This document shows positions 17,462-25,813 of a stretch of DNA of 26,497 nucleotides, in pieces. How positions within the stretch are numbered: position 1 is the stretch's first letter; each line of letters starts with the position of its first letter. The position numbers and the translations under genes are program-made. The notes beneath the pieces are model-generated. The model did no database searches and was not told the origin of the DNA. It saw only the letters and a program-made list of their open reading frames with translations. The DNA lies in the NCBI GenBank assembly GCA_037446635.1, contig JBBIIG010000021.1, forward strand, positions 1 through 26,497, written 5' to 3'. The stretch is from a bacterium. GTDB lineage: Bacteria; Zhuqueibacterota; Zhuqueibacteria; Oceanimicrobiales; Oceanimicrobiaceae.

Positions 17462-17469
17462 TCGTGCCA
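17454..17469 (-). promoter_or_regulatory. Possible second sigma-54 promoter overlapping the regulator's last codons
   Basis: TGGCACGATAGTTGTT has a perfect -24 box and correct spacing, but the -12 box is TTGT rather than TTGC. Confidence 0.4.
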
Positions 17470-18868
17470 ATTTCAGCAGCCCGTATTTTTCCAATTTATA
17501 ATACAGCGCGCTGGTTTTGATGCCTAACCGTTTCGCGGCCTCGGTTTTCACGCCGTCGGCTTCGGCCAGGGCTTTTTCGATGAGCTTCCGTTCCACCGAT
17601 TCCAGGGTTTGGTTCAAATCCGAACCGTTGGAGGGGATAAAATCCGCGGCCTCCCGCTGCGCAACCATCAGCGGCAAATCTCTGGCGGAAATGTTCTGGT
17701 CGTCGCACAAAACCGCCGCCCGCTCCAGCACGTTCTCCAGCTCGCGCACGTTGCCAGGCCAGGCGTACGTTTGCAGCTTTTCCCGGGCGCTGGCGTCAAT
17801 CGCCAGCTTCGGCAGCTTCAACTCCTGGCGGATTTTGGCAATGAAAAAATCCGTCAGCAGCGGGATGTCCTCTTTGCGTTCCCGCAGCGGCGGCAGGTGT
17901 ATAGGAATGATGTGCAACCGATAGTATAAATCTTCGCGGAACGTTCCCTTCGCGATTTCCTCTTTGAGATTTTTGTTGGTGGCGGCGATGATGCGGACGT
18001 CCACCTGCAGCGTCTCCTCGCCGCCGACGCGCTCAAATTCCTTTTCCTGCAACACCCGCAAAAGCTTCACCTGCGTTTGCAGCGGAATGTCGCCGATTTC
18101 GTCTAAAAAAATCGTGCCGTGGTGCGCCAGCTCGAAGCGGCCCTTTTTGCGTTTGAGCGCGCCGGTGAACGCGCCGCGCTCGTGGCCAAACAGCTCCGAT
18201 TCCAGCACCCCCTCCGCCAACGCTCCGCAATTGACGCGGATGAACGCGCGCCCCGCACGGGGACTGGCTTTGTGAATGGCGCGCGCCACCAACTCTTTGC
18301 CGGTGCCGCTTTCGCCGTAAATGATTACCGAGGAATCGCCTTTGGCCACCTTTTCGATGGTGCGATATACTTCCTTCATCGCTGGCGAGTTGCCGACGAT
18401 TTCTCCAAAATTAAACTCCGATTCAAACTGATCACGCAGATAAACGTTCTCTTCAGAAATACGCGACAACTCCTCGCGCTCCTGAATGCGCTCGAGAATC
18501 TTTTTGACTTTCAGCGTCAGCTCTTCCGGCGAAAAAGGCTTGGTGATGAAATCCGCTGCGCCCTTCTGCACCGCCTCCACCGCCAGCTCAATGGTGCCAA
18601 ACGCGGTGATCACCAGCACCTCAGTTTCGGGCGCCGCTTCTTTCACTTTTTGCAGAAGCGAAATGCCGTCGAGGCCGGGCAGTTTGTAATCGGTGATGAT
18701 GAGATGAAACGGATTTTTTTGAATCAGCGCCCACGCCTGTGCGCCGTCGGCCGCGGGCTGGGCCCGGTGCCCCATCTTTTCGATGACGCGCACCATGCCT
18801 TCGCGCAGGGTGTCGTTGTCTTCGACGATGAGGATGTTGTAGGTATTTTTCGAGGTATCGGAGCTCAA
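17459..18868 (-). CDS. Sigma-54-dependent response regulator (NtrC/AtoC/ZraR family bEBP)
   Basis: Receiver domain (ILIVEDN, ITDYKLPGLDG, FITKPF), AAA+ domain (GESGTGKELVA, ESELFGHERGAFTGA, FLDEIG, FREDLYYRL, WPGNVRELEN) and Fis HTH (AAKRLGIKTSALYYKLEKYGL). TTG start. Confidence 0.96.
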   Translation of the reverse strand: MSSDTSKNTYNILIVEDNDTLREGMVRVIEKMGHRAQPAADGAQAWALIQKNPFHLIITDYKLPGLDGISLLQKVKEAAPETEVLVITAFGTIELAVEAVQKGAADFITKPFSPEELTLKVKKILERIQEREELSRISEENVYLRDQFESEFNFGEIVGNSPAMKEVYRTIEKVAKGDSSVIIYGESGTGKELVARAIHKASPRAGRAFIRVNCGALAEGVLESELFGHERGAFTGALKRKKGRFELAHHGTIFLDEIGDIPLQTQVKLLRVLQEKEFERVGGEETLQVDVRIIAATNKNLKEEIAKGTFREDLYYRLHIIPIHLPPLRERKEDIPLLTDFFIAKIRQELKLPKLAIDASAREKLQTYAWPGNVRELENVLERAAVLCDDQNISARDLPLMVAQREAADFIPSNGSDLNQTLESVERKLIEKALAEADGVKTEAAKRLGIKTSALYYKLEKYGLLKLAR

Positions 18869-18893
18869 TTTTCATTAAAAAATTTTCGCGCTT

Positions 18894-18922
18894 AAAATAC
18901 CAAAAACTTCAAATTTAAGCAA
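18894..18922 (-). promoter_or_regulatory. Sigma-70-type promoter for the response regulator
   Basis: Minus strand TTGCTT-17 nt-TATTTT with an extended -10 TG, in an AT-rich divergent intergenic region. Confidence 0.45.
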
Positions 18923-18993
18923 GACATAAAATTGGTTTGAGTTTGAAAATAGGTTTCTTATATTTGCGGAGATAAAACTAAACTTGGGACGAA

Positions 18994-19791
18994 ATGATTT
19001 TTTTCCAAAATGAGTCGCTCACCATCATCCGCGATGACACCATCACCACGAAGTTAGTCGAGCCAGGCTCGGTGGATTTGGTGGTAACCTCGCCTCCCTA
19101 CAATGTTGATATTCAGTACAACTCCCACGCTGACGACGCCTCGTATGAAGACTATCTCGAATTCAACCGCCAGTGGTTGGCGCGCGTTTTCGAGTGGCTG
19201 AAAGATGATGGCCGTCTCTGCCTCAACGTCCCGCTGGACAAAAACAAGGGCGGGCAGCAGAGCATCGGCGCGGATGTAACCACCATCGCCAAAAACGTCG
19301 GCTTCAAATATCATTCAACCATCGTTTGGAACGAGGGCAACATTTCCCGGCGCACCGCGTGGGGCTCGTGGATGAGCGCCTCGGCGCCGTTTGTGATTGC
19401 GCCGGTGGAACTGATTATCGTGCTCTATAAAAACTCGTGGAAAAAAACCAGCGGCAGCGGAATCTCCGATATCGCCCGCAAAGATTTTATGGATTGGACC
19501 AACGGCCTGTGGACGTTTTCCGGCGAGAAGAAATCGGCGGTGGGACACCCGGCGCCGTTTCCCTTAGCGCTGCCGCTGCGCTGCATTCAGATCTTCAGCT
19601 TCGTTGATGATCTGATTTTGGATCCCTTCATGGGCAGCGGCACCACATTGGTTGCGGCGCACAAATTGAATCGCAAGGCCATCGGCATTGAAATGGACGA
19701 AGGCTATTGCGAGCTCGCGGTCAAACGGCTGCTCAAAGAGGCGCAGATTAACCAGCTTTCGCTGGGCGCGGAACAAAATTTTGGGAGATGA
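18994..19791 (+). CDS. Site-specific DNA methyltransferase, beta class N4-C/N6-A (probably N4-mC), orphan
   Basis: Catalytic VVTSPPYN near the N-terminus, HPAPFP, and SAM motif ILDPFMGSGTT...AIGIE near the C-terminus. Confidence 0.93.
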   Translation: MIFFQNESLTIIRDDTITTKLVEPGSVDLVVTSPPYNVDIQYNSHADDASYEDYLEFNRQWLARVFEWLKDDGRLCLNVPLDKNKGGQQSIGADVTTIAKNVGFKYHSTIVWNEGNISRRTAWGSWMSASAPFVIAPVELIIVLYKNSWKKTSGSGISDIARKDFMDWTNGLWTFSGEKKSAVGHPAPFPLALPLRCIQIFSFVDDLILDPFMGSGTTLVAAHKLNRKAIGIEMDEGYCELAVKRLLKEAQINQLSLGAEQNFGR

Positions 19792-19793
19792 AA

Positions 19794-20167
19794 ATGGGCT
19801 TAACGGTTTTGGAAATCGAAGTTGCTAATCCGGCCAATCCCAAGAAAACCGAGAAAGTGGAATTCCTAATCGACTCGGGTGCGGTTTATTCGGTTGTTCC
19901 TGCTGCGATCCTAAAAAAGTTGGGAATCAAACCGTTGACGAAGGAGACGTTTCGGTTGGCCGATGGCAGTAAAATTATTCGTAAAAAAGGCATGGCTTTG
20001 TTAAAATATCAGGACAAAATTGGCGGCGCGGATGTAATTTTTGGTGAGAAGGGCGACCACCAATTGTTGGCACGCTCGAGGCATTAGGGTTGTCATTGGA
20101 TCCGTTGAAGCGCGAGCTCAAACCTATGCCGATGGTGCTGGCGAGTATGGCGGCTTCGTTCATTTAG
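19794..20167 (+). pseudogene. Clan AA (retropepsin-like) aspartyl protease, frameshifted near 20070
   Basis: FLIDSGAVYSVVP...LGI...F.LADG in the first frame. The expected tail TLEALGLSLDPLKRELKPMPMVLA continues in a shifted frame from 20072 to TAG at 20165-20167. Confidence 0.8.
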
Positions 20168-20423
20168 ACGGGATTTTGCGTCAGACTTTTTTATCCATAT
20201 AACACAGCGCCTATGCAAAAAGCAACCCCGTTACAAATAAGGACTGGCAATTTTATTCGCAATGGCATTGCTCTTTGGAGTCAGCGCTGCCCTTTATGTA
20301 TGGTACACTGATAGGAAAAGTGATCGCAAATCCTCAACCAAATGAGACCGCCAGCATCGGGAGGGTATCTCTTTGCAGGAAATATCGAGGAATGAACAAC
20401 GGAGGTGTATTCTTCCATTTTAT

Positions 20424-20645
20424 TTATTCCTCCATTTTCTTATTGCGCAAAACGAAAAGCCCTGAAATTGTCAAAATAAAAAGAACTGCGAGTCCTAATC
20501 CAAATAGAAAAACGTTGAGCTTCTGTTCCGAAAATGCCTGTGCAAGAACCAATGCAGCAAAAACAAGTTTTCCAACATCAACTATAGTTTTCGAGAGCAA
20601 TTCCAACTGTTGATTATTAACCCTCCCTTCCGAAAAAATCAACAC
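20424..20645 (-). CDS. Small two-TM membrane protein (DUF6722-like)
   Basis: 73 aa: LSKTIVDVGKLVFAALVL plus a second hydrophobic helix and basic tail. GTG start overlaps the kinase stop. Confidence 0.55.
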   Translation of the reverse strand: MLIFSEGRVNNQQLELLSKTIVDVGKLVFAALVLAQAFSEQKLNVFLFGLGLAVLFILTISGLFVLRNKKMEE

Positions 20646-22057
20646 TAATTTTTTTGCCGCGGCAGGACGATTTCAAAGCGCGCCCCTTCGCCCTCGGCCA
20701 CCGAGATCGTCCCGCCGTTTTCCTCCACCAGACTTTTCACAATCGCCAACCCAAGCCCGGTCCCGCCTTCGCGTTTGGTGAAAAACGGCTCGAAAATTTG
20801 ATCGCGAATTTCGGCCGGGATACCCGGCCCGCTGTCGGAAAATCTCAAAATCACATTGCGGCCGGCGGGCGCGGTTTCAAGCCGGATGGCTCCGCCGCCA
20901 GCCAGCGCCTGCGCGGCATTCTTCATCAAATTCAAGAAAATACGTTTCAGATGCTGGGGGTCGGCCCAGGCGGTTTGGCCAGGCTTGGTTTCGATGAATT
21001 CCACCCGCAAGCCGTTCAGCTCCGGCGCCAGCAGCATTTGCGCTTCCTGAAATATGTCCTTGACGCGGCAAGGTTCTTTTTGCGATTTATTGGGTCGGGC
21101 ATAATCCAAAAAGTCTGTAACAACTTTCTTCAAATTCTGAACTTCTTTCAAAATTTTCCCGGCCGCGTTTTTCTCTTTCTCGTTTTGTAATTCGCTGGCC
21201 AACAGGCCCGCAAACAGCTCAATGCCGCCGAGTGGATTGCGAATTTCGTGGGCCACGCCGGCGAGCATCGCCTTTTGCCGGATGTCGCGCTGCACGATCG
21301 CGCGCCGCATCTCTTCCATCGTGTGGCCGAGAAATCCTATTTCATCGGAGCCTTTGATTTCGATGGGCGTTTCATAATCGCCGCGCGCGATTTGTTGCGC
21401 CGCCATTTTCAAGCGGTTGATCGGAGTGGTGATTTTTTGTGAAAACAACATTCCCAGAATGATCGAACCGAACAAAACGGCGACGCCCAAGAGCAACAGA
21501 TCGCGCCGGACGTTCTGGATGGCATCGAGCGTCTCGGCGCTGCCCTCGAGCGCCAATCCGGCCACAACTTCGTCTTCAAAAAAAATGGGCGCGAAGCCGG
21601 TTTTATAGAGTCGGCCATCGCTGCCGGTGAAGAGGGGCGAGCTGGCGGGCCTGCCAGCATAAAGCGCCGCTAATTCGTCAGCGCTCACCTCCAAAAAAAC
21701 GTATTCGGAACCGATTGGCGTTGCTGGCTCGGTGTCCACCAAACTGCGGCGCTCTTTCGAGAAAACAAAAATTCGGCGGGCGCCAATTTTCTCCTTCAGG
21801 TCTTGCAGCAACGAACGCAGATTGTGGTAGGTGCGGCTTTCTTCGTCGCCGGGGGTGAGATTGAGCAGCAGCTCAGCATCCACCTGCAGCGCCGCAGCCG
21901 CGGCAAGACTTTGCAGCTTATCGGCGAGTTCGGTTTCGAGGGTGCGCTGCAGCCGCCAATCCAGATAAAATCCACCGGCGAAAAATATGATCACAATTTG
22001 CAGGGTGAAAAGAAAAATCAGGCGCGTGCGGATGGAAAGCGAGCGCATGAGCCTCAC
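20645..22057 (-). CDS. Membrane sensor histidine kinase (periplasmic sensor, HAMP, HisKA, HATPase)
   Basis: Two TM helices, HAMP (PINRL...DEIGFLG), H-box AHEIRNPLGGI, N-box NLMKNA, G1 DSGPGI, F-box FEPFFTK and G2 GTGLGLAI. GTGA overlap with bshA (alternative ATG at 22048). Confidence 0.95.
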   Translation of the reverse strand: MRLMRSLSIRTRLIFLFTLQIVIIFFAGGFYLDWRLQRTLETELADKLQSLAAAAALQVDAELLLNLTPGDEESRTYHNLRSLLQDLKEKIGARRIFVFSKERRSLVDTEPATPIGSEYVFLEVSADELAALYAGRPASSPLFTGSDGRLYKTGFAPIFFEDEVVAGLALEGSAETLDAIQNVRRDLLLLGVAVLFGSIILGMLFSQKITTPINRLKMAAQQIARGDYETPIEIKGSDEIGFLGHTMEEMRRAIVQRDIRQKAMLAGVAHEIRNPLGGIELFAGLLASELQNEKEKNAAGKILKEVQNLKKVVTDFLDYARPNKSQKEPCRVKDIFQEAQMLLAPELNGLRVEFIETKPGQTAWADPQHLKRIFLNLMKNAAQALAGGGAIRLETAPAGRNVILRFSDSGPGIPAEIRDQIFEPFFTKREGGTGLGLAIVKSLVEENGGTISVAEGEGARFEIVLPRQKN

Positions 22058-23175
22058 CGATTCAAAATGTCGTGGTAATAGGCTTCATATTGCGGGATGA
22101 TGAGCGAGCGCTCGAAGCACGAGACCGCGCGCTCGCGGCCGCGGCGGCTGAATTCCTGATAGAGCTGGTCGTTGGTGAGCAATTCGATACACTTCTGCGC
22201 CATGCCCTGTACGTCGCCCACGGGCAGCAAAAATCCAGTTTCGCCATTAACCACCACTTCCGGCAAGCCGCCGGTGGCCGTGCCGACGACCGGCACGCCG
22301 CACGCGTGCGCTTCCAGCGCCACCAGCCCAAAACTTTCCTGCTCGCTCGGCAGCAAAAACAGATCGGCGCAGCTCAACAAATTCTCGATGTAATCCTGTT
22401 CGCCCAGAAAAAATACCTCCTTGCCGATCTTGAGCTCTTTCACCAATTGCTGAGCAAACAGCCGCTCCGGACCTTCGCCGAGCAACAGCAACTTGCTGGG
22501 AATCTGCTCGCGCACTTTCGCGAAAATGCGGACGACATCGCTCACCCGTTTCACCGGCCGAAAGTTGGAGGCGTGCATCAAAATTTTTTCACCTGCCGGG
22601 GCATAACGTTCTTTCGAGCATTTTTCCAGCCCCTTTTTGCAGCGGCTGGTATCGACAAAATTGTAAATGACGCGAATTTCTCTTTTGATGTCGAATTCTT
22701 CAATCGTGCGCTGTTTCAGAAATTTCGAGACCGCGGTCACGCCGTCGGATTCTTCGATGCTGAATTTGATAACGCGGTGAAACGATTTGTCCGCGCCCAC
22801 CAGCGTGATGTCCGTGCCGTGCAGCGTGGTGATGATCTTGAGTTTCTCGGAGCGCATAATTTTTCTGGCGATGTAGGCGCTGGCGGCGTGGGGCATGGCG
22901 TAGTGCGCATGAAACAGATCGAGTTTGTACTCTTCGGCTACGTCGGCTAACTTGGTCGCGAGTCCGAGACCGTACGGGGGATATTTGAACAGCGGATAGG
23001 TCGCCACTTCCACTTCATGGATAAACACGTTTTGACTAAAGGTGCGTAGGCGAAATGGCGTGGCATAACTCACAATGTGAACCTCGTGGCCGCGCTCCGC
23101 CAAACCCAACGCCAGCTCCGACGCCACCACGCCGCTGCCGCCGTGGGTGGGATAACAAACGATGCCAATTTTCAT
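22054..23175 (-). CDS. bshA: N-acetyl-alpha-D-glucosaminyl L-malate synthase (bacillithiol biosynthesis GT4)
   Basis: MKIGIVCYPTHGGSGVVASEL, YPLFKYPPY, HAHYAMPHA, TTLHGTDITLVG, SNFRPVKR and ESFGLVALEA. Confidence 0.96.
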   Translation of the reverse strand: MKIGIVCYPTHGGSGVVASELALGLAERGHEVHIVSYATPFRLRTFSQNVFIHEVEVATYPLFKYPPYGLGLATKLADVAEEYKLDLFHAHYAMPHAASAYIARKIMRSEKLKIITTLHGTDITLVGADKSFHRVIKFSIEESDGVTAVSKFLKQRTIEEFDIKREIRVIYNFVDTSRCKKGLEKCSKERYAPAGEKILMHASNFRPVKRVSDVVRIFAKVREQIPSKLLLLGEGPERLFAQQLVKELKIGKEVFFLGEQDYIENLLSCADLFLLPSEQESFGLVALEAHACGVPVVGTATGGLPEVVVNGETGFLLPVGDVQGMAQKCIELLTNDQLYQEFSRRGRERAVSCFERSLIIPQYEAYYHDILNR

Positions 23176-23193
23176 TTTATTCTCCTCTTAACT

Positions 23194-23303
23194 ACGTGCC
23201 AGGCACTTCCAAAGTGCCTGGCACGTGGCACTTCCAAAGTGCCTGGCACGTGACACTTCCAAAGTGCCTGGCAGGTGACACTTCCAAAGTGCCTGGCAGG
23301 TGA
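23194..23303. repeat. REP-like perfect palindrome plus 4 tandem copies of a 25-bp unit
   Basis: acgtgccaggcactt-cca-aagtgcctggcacgt (23194-23226). Unit cacttccaaagtgcctggca(c/g)gtg(g/a) starts at 23204, 23229, 23254 and 23279. Confidence 0.92.
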
Positions 23304-23308
23304 TAGGA

Positions 23309-24046
23309 TCACTGAATTCCTGTCAAATATTCCGGGCCAAAAAACGCCACCGGATCATCGAGCCGCATGGGCTCCCGCACTAAAAACGGCTCGCCGAATT
23401 TCACGCCAATGTACGAGCCGTACTGCCGATCGCGGGTGATGATTGCTTCCAAAAATTCTGGACGGCTGATGTTGGTTTCTTCTTCTCCGAATTGCTGTTT
23501 CTGCGGGTTATGAAATTGCGATTGATACGCCTGAATCGCCGCGATTTTTTTCTCGTGATGTTCAGAAATGTCCATAATAAACGACGGCTGAAATTCGAAG
23601 CGCTCGGCGTAGTAGATCACTTTGTAGGGCCGAAAGGCCTCCTGCCCGGTGTCGAGCTTTTTCAAGCCGGCAAAAAAGGCGGCTTCGCGAATCAAATCAG
23701 AGGCGTGGCCGTGATCGGGATGCCGCACCACCCAGTAGGGCGCCAACACAATCCGCGGACGATAAGCCCGAATTTCGCGAATCACTTTGAGCTTGTTTTC
23801 CATGGTGACTGCAATGTTGCCGTCCGGGAAATCCAGCATTTTGTGAACCGCCAGCCCCATGATTTTGCCGGCGGCCTCAAACTCGCGGGCGCGAATTTCC
23901 GCCGAGCCGCGCGTGCCCAACTCGCCGCGCGTGAGCGCGATGACGCCGGTTTTGTAGCCCTGCGCGCCCAACTTGATGATCGCGCCGGCGCAGGTCAGCT
24001 CAATGTCATCCGGATGGGCGCCAAAAGCTAAGATGTCAAGTTGCAT
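23309..24046 (-). CDS. bshB1: Bacillithiol biosynthesis deacetylase (PIG-L family)
   Basis: Start MQLDILAFGAHPDDIEL at 24046 (AGGAG RBS). Motifs LTRGELGTRG, RHPDH, AYQSQF and G..IGVKFGEPF. Lies between bshC and bshA. Confidence 0.93.
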   Translation of the reverse strand: MQLDILAFGAHPDDIELTCAGAIIKLGAQGYKTGVIALTRGELGTRGSAEIRAREFEAAGKIMGLAVHKMLDFPDGNIAVTMENKLKVIREIRAYRPRIVLAPYWVVRHPDHGHASDLIREAAFFAGLKKLDTGQEAFRPYKVIYYAERFEFQPSFIMDISEHHEKKIAAIQAYQSQFHNPQKQQFGEEETNISRPEFLEAIITRDRQYGSYIGVKFGEPFLVREPMRLDDPVAFFGPEYLTGIQ

Positions 24047-24057
24047 AACTCTCCTAC

Positions 24058-24186
24058 GTGAAACGTGAGCGGTGAGAGGTGAAACGGCAAAACATGGCAA
24101 GGGATAGTGAAATGTAAATAGTCACATTTCACCCTTTCACTTCACTTTTAACTCTTCTCTTTTACTATTCCCGTCTCACGTTTCGC
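24058..24186. repeat. Degenerate 7-bp repeats in inverted arrangement
   Basis: gtgaaac gtgagcg gtgagag gtgaaac ... tttcacc tttcac ... cgtctcacgtttcgc. Confidence 0.6.
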
Positions 24187-24196
24187 ACATCAATTT

Positions 24197-25813
24197 TCAC
24201 ACCTCAATAATCTGGTGATCAAAATTCCAAATATCCAACTCGTCATAAATTTTTTGTACAAACTGCCAGCCGTATTTAAACAAAAACGGCGCAACGTTCA
24301 GCACGCGTTCCTGCAATTGCTGATGGGGGTAAAGATGATTTGCGGCTTTTTGAATTTGATTCACGATGACGTCGCTACGTTTTTTGTAGGCCTGCACAAT
24401 TTTGGTTTCGAGCACTTCCACTTGATGCAGGATTCGGCCATTGGCGTTTTGCACAGCGTCGCGCAGCGTCGCATCAAATTCCGTGACGACGTCCGCAAGC
24501 GCTTGCAAATTTTTCGAGATGCACAACTGCGTGTTGCGAATCCGTTTCTCGATTTCTTCCGGCAATTGTTTTTGCAAAATGTCATTTGCCAACACATCGG
24601 AGTTGCGCCAGAAATCGGCGACTTGGAGATCAAAGTTTTCGAGCACCTTCCGAATCTTCGCTTCAAGCAAAGTCACACTTTTGCGCGGATAGATAATAGG
24701 CATCGGCAAATCAAACCTTTCGTAAATGCCCTTCATTTGCGCGTAGTAAGCCGACTCAGCGGGGCCGGCTACGTAGGCCGCCGTCGGAAAAAGTGCATCC
24801 TGAAAGATGGGGCGCAGTAGAACATTCGGGCTGAAATGTTGCGGATTCTTTTCCAGCAAATTCAAAAGCTCTTCCAATTCAAAAGTGCGGTCGCTGTTTT
24901 TTATGAAAAATCTTTTATCGGAGAAAGCAATCGCGTGCCGTCCCTCTTCCACCAAAAAAAGATTCAGCATGTTATCATGAAGTTGAACCTGGGCGTGATA
25001 ATTTTTCTGCAGCAGTCGTTGGGTCGCCGCCAGTGCGGCGCGTGTGGAAGGGGAGCGTTCGGCGATTTCTTGTTTAAAAATTTCTTTGCCCAGCGATTTG
25101 ATGCGTGGGTCGCTGGCATCGATCAAAATCAATCCCAAGGACTTACACAATTGCATCAACCACTTTCCGAAGGCGTGAGAAAAAGTTACGTTGGGCTGAT
25201 AAACAGTACGCAGGGTTTGTAAAACCTCGGCTTTGAGATCAGTCGGATGGGTGGCGTCATCTAATTGTTGGATGACGTCAGCAACGCGCGGTGACAATTT
25301 GATCGCGTACATCGGGACGCGCCCATCAAGCGGGTGATCGCTGTAACCGAACTCCAGGGGCTGATTGTTTTTATCGAGGATGCGAATGTGATTGGCTTCG
25401 CGAAAATCGTGATCCTCCGATGCCAGCCAAAAAATCGGGACAAAGCCATTGGCCCTCTTTTCGTTCAAATACGCCGCCAGTTTGATGGCCGTCAACGCTT
25501 TGTACAACGTGAACAACGGCCCCCCAAACAATCCCGTTTGCTGCCCAGTGATGATAGCCGAGGCACCCTTTTCCAAACGCAACAAATTTGCAGTCGTCTC
25601 CTCACCGCTGCCGAAAAAGAGATTTTGCTCTTTCAAAATGGGTACAAGCTGAGCGAGCGGGAGTTTTCGTGAGCGCGTGGTTTCGGCACGCGCCAACAAA
25701 ATTTCCGGATGATGAAAATCACCGTTGTAAAATTCCGCGACGCGATCGAAGTTTTCGAGATAATCGAGAAACAGCCGCGAACTGCCAGGAACATCGCGAA
25801 ATGGAACCGTCAT
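24197..25813 (-). CDS. bshC: Bacillithiol biosynthesis cysteine-adding enzyme
   Basis: ITGQQTGLFGGPLFTLYKAL, PIFWLASEDHDFREANH, FSPNVLLRPIFQD, YVAGPAESAYYAQ and LQERVLN. TGATG coupling to the upstream methyltransferase. Confidence 0.95.
   Translation of the reverse strand: MTVPFRDVPGSSRLFLDYLENFDRVAEFYNGDFHHPEILLARAETTRSRKLPLAQLVPILKEQNLFFGSGEETTANLLRLEKGASAIITGQQTGLFGGPLFTLYKALTAIKLAAYLNEKRANGFVPIFWLASEDHDFREANHIRILDKNNQPLEFGYSDHPLDGRVPMYAIKLSPRVADVIQQLDDATHPTDLKAEVLQTLRTVYQPNVTFSHAFGKWLMQLCKSLGLILIDASDPRIKSLGKEIFKQEIAERSPSTRAALAATQRLLQKNYHAQVQLHDNMLNLFLVEEGRHAIAFSDKRFFIKNSDRTFELEELLNLLEKNPQHFSPNVLLRPIFQDALFPTAAYVAGPAESAYYAQMKGIYERFDLPMPIIYPRKSVTLLEAKIRKVLENFDLQVADFWRNSDVLANDILQKQLPEEIEKRIRNTQLCISKNLQALADVVTEFDATLRDAVQNANGRILHQVEVLETKIVQAYKKRSDVIVNQIQKAANHLYPHQQLQERVLNVAPFLFKYGWQFVQKIYDELDIWNFDHQIIEV

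Noticed and set aside
20060..20080. Programmed ribosomal frameshift in the aspartyl protease
   Set aside because: No slippery sequence, and conserved residues are missing, so frameshifting would not restore the motif.
20228..20402. Invertible segment joining the minus-strand MEEYTS start to the plus-strand TM peptide
   Set aside because: The flanking inverted match is only ~5 bp, inversion would not restore the frame, and there is no recombinase nearby.
18994..20645. Complete type II restriction-modification system
   Set aside because: No endonuclease-like ORF next to the methyltransferase.
23204..23303. CRISPR array
   Set aside because: The units are contiguous with no unique spacers, and there are no cas genes in the window.
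24047..24100. Upstream start for bshB1
   Set aside because: It lies in repeat DNA. The ATG at 24046 has AGGAG and matches the family N-terminus.
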